From the NCBI GenBank assembly GCA_973895155.1, contig OZ316899.1, positions 3,183,455-3,247,454 of the forward strand: a DNA stretch of 64,000 nucleotides. Direction: 5' to 3'. This document shows, piece after piece, positions 1 to 12,300 of this stretch (positions are counted from its first letter, which is position 1; every line of letters starts with the position of its first letter). A program made the position numbers and the translations under genes. The stretch is from Marsupella aquatica. Lineage: Eukaryota; Plantae; Marchantiophyta. The notes beneath the pieces are model-generated. The model was not told where the DNA came from. It did no database searches and saw nothing but the letters and a program-made list of their open reading frames with translations.

Positions 1-2480
1 GCAGCGCAGACTGAAGATTTGAAGAAGAAGTTCCGGCTGAAAGAAGCGCAAGGAGAACCGCTTTCTAAAGTTGCGCAAGACATGGCTATGAGAGACATGA
101 TGAAGGAACAACTAGCAGATTGGAATGTGAAGGTGCCAAAGATTGGACCTCTTATGAATCCTGAGTTTGGTGACTTTTTCCAAAAGTGTGTTGAGGTGCA
201 CAACTATTGCGAACACGAGAGGAAGGAGGCCCAACGAACAGACGACAAAGGAAGGGGGAATGTGTCGTGTGGTCTCGATTGTGCGGTTTACTGGTGTCTC
301 TTCAGACACCCCAGCTTAGATGTGTACTCCTCAAGGCACAATGCAGACCTGAGCTTTGCAAGAAGTACTTCCACCCCGGTCAATTCTCTGACAGCGAAAT
401 GAAACTTTGGCTTCATCGATGGGCTGTATGGGAGCAGGTAGAGTCATTTTTTCTTCACTTATCTCTGAGATTATTTCAGAGTTGATCCCGACTGTTCACA
501 TGCGAGGATCCTTACTTCATTTGAGAAGACAAAGCCATTGCTGATCCTTGACATAGAGGACTTTGAAGATTTCCAAAGAGAGTGAAAACTTGTTTTTTCA
601 AGCAGATTTGGCCACCAAAGTCGGGTGAGAAGATTGACATCTTACTTTTTTGGAGGAGGCAAAGAGAGATACATATCATTTTTTTGTGGATAGAGAAGTT
701 GTTGACAAAACTTATTGGTGGTCCTATCCTGCTTGCTTCTCGCCTTGGATAGCAGGGGTGAAAGAGGATCCAACCTCTGTTAAATATGGAGAGTACTCAA
801 TGTATCCACGTGAGGGAGTGGAGGCTCTGAGGAAGATGAGTGAGTGGGAAATCCTCCATTGTCCATGGTAATTAGAATCAGAAAAATGGGCAGTGACATT
901 TGACACTACAGAGGAGGCAGCCTTTCATATGATAAATTGTGGCTTGATACCCAAGTCTTACATTATAGAGTCCAAATTAGCTCCTGCAGAAGCAAAGGTT
1001 GGCGGATGTGAGGCAATGGAGAAAGTTGTTCTTGGTGTGGCTGCCATCATCGACCAGAGTCGGTCGAGTAGACCTTGGAAGGTGCCGGTGAAGGACTCAT
1101 CTAAAGATGGGTCAATCTTGTCTGGCAAGCAAAGTAAGTCCTTTTCTCCTCTCATTTTCATACTACACTTAGAGTAATTTTGTCTGAGTGACCTGTCTGA
1201 CATGAAGATGTTTTTCGGAGAAAAGAAAGGCAGCAGCCTCTGGGAGTTTGAAGAGTGGGGCGGATGATGGCCAAGAACCCAAGTCTCCTGATGTTGAGGT
1301 CACAACAAAATCTACTGTAGACCTTGGTTCAATCAAGCATTTAAAGAGGAAGCGCAATGTGCAAATTCTCTCTAACTCTGATGAGGAGGAAGCATCCGCC
1401 GCTCAAGGAGTAGCACTAATATGCGAGCTTAAGAAGGACGATGAGAGAGATTTCTTGGCAAAAAGCAATCTGACCAAAACTACAAACTCAATTAGCCAGA
1501 GGAAAGTAAGACCTCCCTAGATGGGCGATGCAGATCAGTGGTTGTCTGCGATGAGCAAATTGAGCAAACGCCCAAATCCAGTGATAATCAACGGCAAACC
1601 ATACTTTGGGATTGGTGCTCACTTGGGTTTCATTTTCCTTCCCACGGGTCATAGAACGAGTGTCACAGACCGGGAGGTCCCCAAGTGGAATGTTTGGAGT
1701 GGGAAATTACCATATTATTTCTTTGGAGTCATGCACTTGATGCTTGCCGACAATGGTATGTCGCAGTTCTTCACAGGTCTGACTATGCCGTCAAGCAGAA
1801 GAACAAATTCAAACATGTTTGGCAGTATTTGGTTTTGCTTTCATCTCCTTTGTATCAGGCGGATATGGAAATAGAGGTAAGATATTCAATTAAATTCCTT
1901 GTTTATTATGTGCAATTTTGGCTAGCGAGCTTGCTAACCAAAAGTATCCATTTATGACAAATTCTTGTTTTGAATTCAGGTAGTTACTCTAATAATGGAT
2001 GTCTTCTGCAAAGTGGAATTCTCAGAAAAAGTCCCAAAACATATTGTATATGTTCCATTGACTTCTTCTGAGGATGCCCGTCATAAATCAATGTTGAGTG
2101 TTTGCTACTCAAAAATTGATCCCAGTCCTAGGGCGGCTTTTGCAGGTTCCTATAGATTGTCAGTTGGGTTCATGCAAGCCGTAATGGAGATCCTTACTTT
2201 GCCAAAGGACATTGTCATCGATTGGACTATTGGAGATGGAAGTGCTTTTGCTGCTGGGGAGTATGCAGGGAGATTTGTTGTAGGGGTAGAAGATAGAGAC
2301 ATTTTTCATCCGTTTGCTCAAAAAAATCTAGCAAATGTGTTGGATAGACATGCCCAAAAGCTGAAAGGGACCGTAGATCAGAAGGAGGACCCCAATGATG
2401 AAGGATTGGATGAGTTCACCATCCCAGGAGATGATCAGGGCGGACCTTCAGACAAGAAGGATGAATTTGACCTGGAGTAA
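1..2480 (+). pseudogene. Decayed multi-exon gene (5' end outside window) ending in a beta-class N4C/N6A DNA methyltransferase-like domain
   Basis: The C-terminal RLSVGFMQAVMEILTLPKDIVIDWTIGDGSAFAAGEYAGRFVVGVEDRD aligns without gaps to the motif X-I-II pattern of N6_N4_Mtase proteins (…GDIVLDPFxGSGTT…A…GR…GxE). Upstream LADNG/YVAVLH resembles the LKPGGSIYIF strand. There is an in-frame TAG at 1518-1520, a 1-bp frameshift near 1757 and a phase-0 intron at 1877-1979. Confidence 0.6.
1877..1979 (+). other. Spliceosomal intron (GTAAGA...TTCAG, 103 bp, phase 0)
   Basis: Removing it joins ...ATA GAG to GTA GTT ACT CTA ATA ATG GAT in frame with ORF 1995..2480. The interior is AT-rich. Confidence 0.75.
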
Positions 2481-3101
2481 AGTACTTGGCCTTTGATGTA
2501 GAACTCCCTATTTGGTGTTTTTCTGTTATTTGAAAGGTTGATGAAGTGCCCGTCATTTTGACTTGGGAGGGGAAAGGTCTACGGTCAGTGAGGGGTGCTC
2601 GAAAAGCCCTTTACTGCCCTCAATTCATAGATGATGAGACTGGTAGTGTCGCGCAGTATGTTGATGATTCAGCTGAGGAGACTGATAGGGAGTCGAGTAG
2701 CAATCCTAGTAATTCCTCAGATGATTTGAAGTCAAAGGATTCTCAATGACTAAGGATCAATTTTGGACGGAATCTCATTCTAGAACATGTATGTCAATAC
2801 AGAGTTTTATTAAAGGTGGATTGTGAAAGGTTTTCTAAACTAAGTCTGTTTTGTTGAGATTCATGATGCCTTGTCATTCAGTTGAGGGTTGTAAAGATCT
2901 CAAGTTTTTGGGTTGTGGATGTTCAAGTATCTGGTTGTCCCTTTCTCATAATTGTTTCAGAATAAAACAATCCACAATCTTACTTCATAATCCCCCTCAA
3001 CTACCCTGCTGGTACCCAGAAAGTTGCCTCGCTAGCATGTGTGCCTTGCTAGCAAAACTCCTGTTTGCTTGCAACATAGAATACCTCCCTATGACCTCTA
3101 A

Positions 3102-4130
3102 TCAAAGTCTATGTACCACTCTTGATACTATCCTTTTCGTGTCGTTGGCGAACTTGCACACTAACGGTGGTAGAAACTCTTGCACGTCCACCCCAAGATG
3201 TGTCACCGCCTGCCCACTCATGAAGTAGGCGGTTGCGTCTGTATCCACCAAAGCAACACCTAGATTATTGTTAGAAGTGAAATTCACACAAATCAGCTTG
3301 TCAGGATCCATTGTCTTAACCTTAGGTACTTTCTCTCGCAATGACACCTTCTCTTCGACAAGAACATCCTCTATAGGGACCTCATCAACTACTAAGGGTT
3401 TGGTTAGAGCGATACTTACCTTAACGCCCTTCTGCCCCCCATCTCCCCTCGGCTTGCCACCTTTTGTGGAACAATCCTTACTTTGATGGCCCATGGCGCC
3501 ACATGTGTAGCATGAACCTTCAACCTGCCTCTGCTCCATGAGCGCCTGCTTCTTCGCTTTTTGTGCCGATGAGGTTCCTTTCTTGAAGTTGTTGGCTTTC
3601 CAGTTGCGCTTTGCTTCTTTGTTCTGGGGCTGGGATCCAAACCACCGGCCCCCACCCCCTCAAACTGCTTGCGCTTGTTCCCGAAACCTTTTGCTTTCCC
3701 AGCTTTGCCAAGTCCGGCCGGTTATTCACCAGCGCAGTGGCTTTGTCGAAGGCGTCAGAGAGCGTTTTAAACTCATGACGTTTTTCCTGTAACTTTTCCT
3801 TGAGCAATGGCGGGAGCTTCACTATAAAGTTATGAAGCTGCGTATGTAGGGTCTCTTGCCCCGCCGGATACACGCCAACTATGGTAATAAGTGATGAACT
3901 TTTGGATATTACCCCTGAAGCTCATTTTTGTTACACATTTTTGCGCGTGCCGCTCTGGGTACTTAGTGGTGACATGAGCACGGAGACCCTCAACCAGGTT
4001 TTCCCAAGTTAACGGCAAGGAGGAGTCCTCTTGCGACTTCTTCCAAGACTTGTACCAAGTCAAGGCATAGTCCTTTAGGTAAGGAGCAGCTGCGGTAGCC
4101 CAAGTGGAACGCTCAACACATGCTTGGAGA
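3102..4130 (-). mobile_element. Ty3/gypsy remnant: gag, CCHC zinc knuckle, aspartic protease
   Basis: Gag-like ALTWYKSW...LTWENLVEGLRAH; CYTCGAMGHQSKDC knuckle; ALVDTDAT (degenerate DTGA protease motif). Broken into several frames. Confidence 0.85.
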
Positions 4131-4363
4131 CCTTGAGCCCGACCCTTTTCCCCTTGACCCGACCAGCCATCCGCTAGTCTAAGTCCTCAGTGCGTGTCAC
4201 CAGCTTGGCGCCTTGCCTTCACCAATGCCACGTCCCATTGCCCACAAGTCTCCCCATGCTAAGTCCTCCCCGGATGGCCTATCCGGGCTTGGACCATAAG
4301 GGAGCTCGGCATCAGAGTCAGCGACGCCGGAGCTAGGTATTAAGGTAGTCGAGTTCCGCGACT
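4125..4363 (-). mobile_element. Terminal fragment of family-C LTR (AGT end)
   Basis: Nearly identical to 21608-21870 and to the reverse complement of 42932-43170. Ends in GTTCCGCGACT like the other copies. Confidence 0.85.
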
Positions 4364-4369
4364 GCCCAT

Positions 4370-5413
4370 TGTCAATCACGGAAAATGAACTATTTTTCCA
4401 ACAAATCACCATAGGGGCCGCATATTTCTTGGCCAATGGACCTAGAGGCCAAAAGTTATGGCCGATTCAGACTCGACTAGGGTTGTCATGGATCAATGGA
4501 CCAAGGGGGGGTTGCCTGGACCAGAGAGGGTTTTTAGGCCATAACTTCTAGCCCCCTATGCCCCAATTTGTGCTTTAGGCCAAATTGTGGAGGATTTTTG
4601 ATTATCTTTGTTTTGAGCTAAGTGGTGGGACCCACAGACCCTCGGGTAGGGGGCCAAAGATAGGGAAACAAAGCTGGTCCGGGGGTGGCAGGTCCCCAGA
4701 AGCATATATGAGGGGAGTGGTCCTCTCAAGCTTGAACTCGAGCTGATCGCGATCGACGAAGATACGTCGTTTCAAGTTTTGGAGCGGAAATAAGCATAAC
4801 TCGACGACCAGATCTTCATTGGAGAAGTGCTTGGGCTTGTTGGAAAGCTAATGAAGAAAGCTACCTCATGGCACTCTCTAATAGTGCATTGGATAATTTT
4901 GGTTTTGAAACTTGCAATGGGGGGAATTCCTCTTACGGATCCGAAGTGGAACAGTGACCAAACTGCATTTGGTTCCCACGGGGGCTACCATTGAGATCTG
5001 GTCCCGATGCATGGTGAGAGTTTGAATGGAACCCAGTTCCGTCGAGAGGTGGCTAAGAACTAGAAATTGAATGATCCCGGCGTGTTACTACTAGTTTGTG
5101 ACAAACTGAGTTTGGGCCATGGGCATGTCCTGGAGGTAGGGTGGTCAACCATTGATGGGTAGAAAGTGGGAAAGCTTGGGCGGCATCCAGTAGATAGACT
5201 ATTTTGGATAAACAATGATGTCGACCTTAGTTTCAACTTATGGCAAGGCCATGCGGACTTGGGAGGCTCTATCCGTTGACCTACTTACTAACGACTGTTG
5301 AGCTTAATGCAAAACAATGGTCTTGGGAGTTCCGAGATCAAGACGAGTTACTTACTGGTTGGTTGGTTGGTTGTGCAGATAGTAAAGATTGTTGAGCGAT
5401 GGTCATGCTGACA
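4370..5413 (+). mobile_element. Probable LTR (TGTCA...TGACA) interrupting a copia integrase
   Basis: Inverted TGTCA/TGACA ends. Positions 4650-4730 match the TATA-like GCATATATGAGG region of the family-C LTR (reverse complement of 21235-21310). No matching TSD found. Confidence 0.5.
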
Positions 5414-7330
5414 AAGGCAAGTGCAACTTTGTATGGGAGTGGTTGCTAACGACAAGGAGTATAGTTGAAGGAAACTTGCCCCAACATTCTGTGTTAGTGC
5501 AAGATTCAACTTGTTTCAAGGTTGAGAAACGAGTTTGGACGAGCACGTGGTGGGAGGTCCACCACTCAAGGTCCCAACTAAATTGGTCAAGCTCTTTGGA
5601 CTTATACTCATCACCATTATTTGACCGAATACACTTCAACTCATTTCTAGTCTGTAGTTCCGTCATGGCTTTCCACTCCTTGAAGATCTCAAATACTAGA
5701 GATTTCTCCTTCATATAGTACAGCCAACACATTCAAGAATAATCATCTACAAATGTCACCAAAATATCTGGCTCCACCCAACAATGACGCTGGACCCCAA
5801 ACATCTGAATGTACATACTCAAGAATCTCATGAGAATGGTAGGAACTAGAACTGAAACTTACTCTCTTCTGCTTGCCAAAGATACAATCTTCACGGAAAG
5901 AGAGCTTACCAGATTGGGCTCTTTCCAACAAATTTTTGTTTGCCAAGGCGGTTAATCCTTTACCACTCAAGTGCCCCAAGTGTGCATGCCATAAATCTAT
6001 GGCCTGTGTGCAACCAGATGTTGATGGTGCTTCAATTAAAGCAATTGATGACACCATTGCATCCAAATGTTCCACCACAGAATCCACATGCTCCACTCTA
6101 GAATCAATGACATCTCCTTGCAAGATGTATAAATTATTCTGCCGTAGCACCTTAATCAAAGATACATCATCTTTGACGACAATGAGCACACCATCACGTG
6201 TAGTGAAATGAGATCCACCAACTTCCAAAGCACCAAGAGAAATCAAGTTCTTAGAGATGTCTGGTATGTGGCTGACTTATGTCAGTGCTAGTGCTTGCAC
6301 AACACCATCAAACATCCGGAATTTGATAATCCCCATGCCAACAATCTCACATCGGACCCCGTTGTCAATTTCCACGCTACCAATACACGATTGGTAAGTA
6401 GAGAAATAAGACCGCATTGGACACACGTGATAAGAGGAACCCAAATTCAACATCCATTTATTGTCATACACAAAATTAACAACACCAATACATAACACTT
6501 CAGCAACATCCTCATGATCAACAATCATTATGCCTGCTGAAGATGCACCATCAAAAGCAGGACGTTTCTGCTTGGTCAAAGAAGGGCAAGACCACTTGGT
6601 GTGGCCTTTCTCATGGCAATGCCAACACTAAATCTTCTTACTACGAGACTTAGATTTAGATTGGCTCTGAGATCTAGATCTAGATTGATCTGTAATACGC
6701 TTCGTTGATTTGTCTCTAACCACTAAGGCAACTGACTCATCATCACGGGCAGATAGATGTTGCTTGCTCCATTCTGCAAGAATGGTAGCCTTCACCGCAT
6801 CCAACTTCAATGTAGTCTTGTCATGTGTGATGCCATTACCAACGTTGAGAAACTTTTTGGAAGTGACATCAACAAATGCATTGCAAGGTACTCATCAGTC
6901 AACTTATCTCGTGTCGTGGTCACCTCGTGCACAATCTCATCAAACATACTGTGATGATCATGCATGTTTCCACCATCCTTCAACTTCAACTTGAATAGCC
7001 GCTCCAATTGGTACATGTGAGTAGTCAACGAAGTACTTTGGTATAGCTGAGTAAACAATTCCCAAATCTTCTTGGTGTTACGATCCATTCCCAACACGTT
7101 CTTGAGAATGATGTTTGCCAAGAACAACTCAATTGTACTACACGTCTGCACCAACATGTCTTCTCACTCCTCATATGTCAGAGTGAAGAGCTTCACTCCA
7201 GTGATGGTCTTCTCAAGACCCTGGTGGATCAACACATTGGTCACCTACCAAGTCCAAAGGCTAAAGCTGACCTTCCCGTCAAATTTCTCCACCTCAAATT
7301 TTGACGCCGCAAGCTTTCGTGAAATTATTG
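5414..7330 (-). mobile_element. Ty1/copia remnant: gag, zinc knuckle, protease, GAG-pre-integrase, integrase
   Basis: Gag 6807..7157; CWHCHEKGHTKWSCP; WMLNLGSSYHVCP (WILDSGAS-type protease); LWHAHLGH...CIFGKQ...LEYVHSDVWGP; integrase IRSNNGDEY. Many stops and frameshifts; truncated at 5414. Confidence 0.92.
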
Positions 7331-9390
7331 ATGTTGACACAAACACATTGGAAACACAAGTACCAAAATACCTCTACACAAAAATCACCAAAAATGGTGA
7401 AAGTGAAAATGTAATGCACCACTACGTAACCTACAAGGTACACTACCAAGATCTGAAAATGATTTGGCAAAAAATTGCTTCAACAAAAACTTATTCAACC
7501 AAATAGGTTCCCCCCCCCCCCCCCCTCATCACAAAGTTGTCGCGTAACATTGTTCCGTGGGTCATTGTTTATCCCACCCCACTTCCAATGTGGGACAGAC
7601 ATATCTGGTCACTGTTTTTCCCACCGCACTTCCAACGTAGGACAGACATATCTTTATCGTCTTTGCAATGCGTCGCATCAAAATGTAGTTGTATGAAACT
7701 CATGTTCAGGTGGGTTTGGATTCTCCAGGATGATTTGTCAAAACAGGATCTTAGTAAAGGTGTCTTGTACACTTTTGTGTGGAGTACATGTTTTGTTGCA
7801 TGATTCAGAGACTTTCACCCACTCCAGGACTACAAAAATGTCAATATTCTGGTTTGTTGTGGATGAAGTGGTGAATGGTTTGTAATGTTTGCATTAAATC
7901 AAACATGATATGCAATTCAGCCTTCTTCAGATGTTACCCAAAACGTTCATTGGGAGACAAAAATATGCCTCCTCCAAAAACTTCTGTTTGCTTTCAACAT
8001 ACAATACCTAGTAGGCAAATTGCTTGCAACGTACAATACCTAGTAGGCAAATTAGGGGTGTGGGAATGGTTTAATATATCACTGTTTGTTGAAGATATGG
8101 CAAGACGTTTCTTACTTGGCTAAAATCTTTAAGTGATTTGCAAATCCAAGTATATATCTGCGCAAGACACTGGTTTACCTTTGAACAAAACCACAAACGG
8201 AATTCTAGGGACATGGCATTTGCCCCCTCCATGTTTAACAGCTAGGAGAGAGCCCAAACTAAGCATGAGATTTACTAAGAAAAATGAATTAAGCTCATAC
8301 AATCCCAAAACCTGGTACTGGGCAATTGAGAGAAACTACTTGATCTGAAATGAATAAATCAAGTCATCAATAATTTTGAAAATGAGACTCGTAAGGCACC
8401 TCTATTTAGAGGACCAGACTGTCAGCCATTGATTGAGCTGTACCCAAAGAAAGGACCGCATTGTGGACAAATGGCACCAATCTCATGGGATTGGGTTTGG
8501 ACGCTACATCAGTGAAGGAATAACCTCTGCAGTGCAAAGACTAGCCATATGCTTAGGTCGGGCTTTCCAGGTTTGTTCACCACTGCCCACGTCAACACGA
8601 GAAGATACAATCCCAAATCACGTTCCGTTCCTGGGCAATTCAGCTACCCCCATGTGGACTGCATTTGAGAAACTACACAGATATTGAGGAAAACCCTTGG
8701 CTCTGATCTCTGCATCAAGTTCAATCACTAGTTTTGCGATGCATTCGCTTTTAAATATGAGCAACATATCCTTTACCATCTCCCCCTTTTTCATAAACTT
8801 ATCATGCACTGCTCACGAAGGTATAACTGGTTGTTGATGCTATTTTACTGAGGTATTCTACGTACATATCCTGCAGATAATCCACTGATTGTTCTTATGA
8901 GTTAAAACTAGATACTCAAACAAAAGAAAAATGGTCCCTAAGAATTGTGCAAAACTACCCTACTTGCCTAGGAAACCCTTCCAGTCACAGGAAGAGTCCG
9001 CTTGTTGGAGACCTTATGTACCATCATATGCCTCTTGTATGTAACAACCATTGATGAAACCATACTCTCTAAATCGCATGGTTTTGGGACTCTGTAGAAA
9101 TTTTCAGTGATGCCAGGAATCAAGGATGCACGATATTACCAGATGCGGAGGTACACATAAAAGAAAAACAATCATAGCGGCACATTCCACATTGATTTTC
9201 CCATAATGTACAGACTAGCAAAAGCCTGTAGTACAACATCCTGCAGACAAAGAGGCCGATAGTCCACTTTCAACAAAATCCTCAACTTGAACCATGAAAC
9301 ATCGAGAAAGCAAATGCGTCCAGGCTATTATTGTGACTATACGAAATCAATCACATTTGTGACCTTTGCCGGTGGGAACTAACCTGAATA

Positions 9391-12300
9391 TCAAGAGGGG
9401 ACGTCAAAACCGGGTAATTGTTGGCTTCCTTCAATATCCTTCAGAATTTTAACGACCACGAGCATGGTTGGACGCTGTACAGGGTCTTCAGCAGTACACA
9501 GATTTGCCACCTTCAAAACGTCGAGCATCTTCTTCTTCCATGAGCCCCCATTGCAGATGACTGGATCAAGTAGCTCAGCCGCCTGACCCTGCTTGATCAT
9601 CTGCCGCACCCAGCCAACAAGATTTCCGCCTTCGATGTCTTTGAAATCAACACCAGTGGGCTCTTTGCCAGTGAGCAATTCAAGTAGAATCACTCCATAG
9701 CTGTAGACATCCCCTCGTGTCGTTGACCTCCAGGTTTGACCATATTCTGGAGGTATATAGCCAAAAGTCCCAGCGATATCAGTGCTGACATGAGTCTCAT
9801 AGGCACTGATAAGTCGGGCCAAACCAAAATCTGCCACCCTGGGTTCGAAGTCAGCATCTAGCAGAATATTGCTGGCCTTCATGTCGCGATGGATAATATG
9901 AGGAATGAAACCGTGGTGGAGGAAGGCTAGGCCTCTAGCAGAACCCATAGCAATTCGAAAGCGCTTAGGCCAATCCAAAGTTTCCAACGCATCGGCTCTG
10001 TTGCGCAGCCAGAGATCCAAGCTCCCATTAACCATATACTCATAGACAAGCAATTTCTCCTCTCCAAATGAGCAATAACCGAGCAAAGGCACCAAGTTCC
10101 TGTGCTTCACCTTGCCTAGAGTTTCCATTTCTGCCAAAAATTCCCTGTTTCCTTGAGTGCGAGCCTGCCCTAGCTTCTTGATAGCTACGGTTCTTCCGTC
10201 AGGCAGCACCGCTTTGTAAACTGTCCCAAACCCACCATCACCGATTATATTAGTCTTGCAGAAGCTATTGGTGGCTTGCAGAATATCAGCAAGTGTCAGT
10301 CGTAGAAGAGGCCTCTCAAACATTGCCACATTGATGCTAAGCGGCTCCTTCATTTTGCCCGATGCAAGGAACACACTCGGTTCCAGTGTCATGTTCAATT
10401 TAGTCTTCTCTGCAATTCTCGCAGTAAGAGCCTCCTGCCTATACAATCTCCACCTAAGCAGCACTGCAACCAAACTGAGCAGAGCAATAATGCTTCCGAT
10501 GGTGATGCCCAGAATTGCTCCCTTGCTTAACAAGGATGTAGTTGCATTTCTGTCAGAGTAGCTACTCATACAGGTAAAATTAATCACACTGCCACAAAGT
10601 CCACCATTCTGTTGAAATGAAGCCGCACTGAAATTACCACAAACCCCGCTGCTGGGAATTCTTCCTTGCAAGCTATTGTCCGACATATTCAAAAATTCAA
10701 GCTCAAAGAGATCGCACAACTCCAATGGAATTTCCCCAGTAATGTGATTGCTAGAGAGGTCAAGATACATGAGCTGCATCAGATTGCCTATCTCTCCAGG
10801 TATGCTACCATTAAAAGAGTTCTTGCTCAAGTCAAGGTAAGAAAGACCAGTAAGGTTTCCAATTATTCGTGGGATGCGTCCACTTAACAGATTGTGGCTC
10901 ACATTCAGCGTTTGCATTTGATGCCAGATAAGGCTCTTTGAGAGCAAGGCAGCGATGGTACCGGTCAATCTGTTTCGCTGCAGATTCAAACCCACAACAG
11001 CTACCAGTTTTGCTAATGATGCTGGAATTTCTCCACTTAGTTGATTATCACTCACGTCTAAGTGAGAAAGGCTGCTCAGATTCCCCAAACTTTCAGGTAT
11101 GGAACCAGAGAGATAGTTTCCTGTCAAGTTCAGTTTCACCAAACTTGCAATGCTTCCAAGCTCTGGAGGTACAGACCCAGTGAACTGATTGTAGGCGAGG
11201 TTCAAACCCTGAAGCTTGTGGGCCTCTCCTAAATCGGGGGGAATGTGACCCGAGAGTGCATTACAAGAGAGATCTAGTGTAGTCAAATTGGTAAGACGTG
11301 CCAACTCTGATGGCGCTGGTCCTGTGAACTGATTGCCTGCAAGAATCAGTTCTACTACAACAGCACAGTCCCCCATCTCCGGTGGGATCATGCCAGACAG
11401 ATTATTCCAAGAAAGGTCCAGTACTCCATGGTGCTGAATGAACCCTGAAACAGGTATAGCAATCACCTGAAAATCTGAACACATTGACGTTGGAACGGGA
11501 CCCGACAGTTGGTTGTGTGAGACCATCAGATAGTCCAGGTTCACTAGCTGCCCAATCCCATCTGGTATACGACCTGTCAGGCGATTGCTCCCAAGATTAA
11601 GAGTAGTCAGACGGATGCAGTTGCAGAGATCGGCAGGAATCTCACCCCCGATATTGTTCCCTTGGAGAGACAGAAATGTTAAATTCACAAGCTTACCCAA
11701 CTCCGGTGGCAATGGCCCTGCAAGGTTATTGTTATCGAGGACCAAGAATAGCAACGACACAAGGTTCCCGATCCTCGGAGAAATTGGTCCAGTCAGAAAG
11801 TTAACATTTCCCTGTATCTCAAGAAGCGTTTGAGAGTCCCACAGTTCTTCCGGAAGATTCCCTGTAAAGTTGTTGCCACTGAACTCCAAGATCACAAGGG
11901 GAATGCTTGAGAGGTACCCCGGAATGGAACCACTCAGATGGTTGTTGTAGAGGTAGAGCTCCGTCAACTTCTTACAGTCCTTGAAGGTTTCATCGAGAAC
12001 CCCAGTGAATAGATTTTGATTGAGGTACAAGATACTCAGAGGAGCCTGACACATCCCTGGAGGTATCTCCCCGATTAAGTTGTTATCAGCCACCGCGAAC
12101 ATTGACAAGGAGCTGCAATTTCCAAGTTCTGTAGGTAACGTGCCAATGAGGCCATTGCTTGAAAGCATAATTGATTTAACAGCCTGCCACTGGCCAAACC
12201 ACAAAGGTATCTGCCCCGTGAGGTAATTTCCCTGTACGGTGAAAGTGAGAACGTTCCTGAGATTCGAGAATTCGTTAGGAATATCTCCAGACAACTGGTT

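Noticed and set aside
2870-3010. PPT-like TTGAGGGGGA and a possible short LTR to its left
   Set aside because: No second LTR copy or TSD to fix boundaries or assign it to an element.
8433-8820. Possible exon of another host gene downstream of EMS1
   Set aside because: Short ORFs with no recognisable domain and no consistent splice structure.
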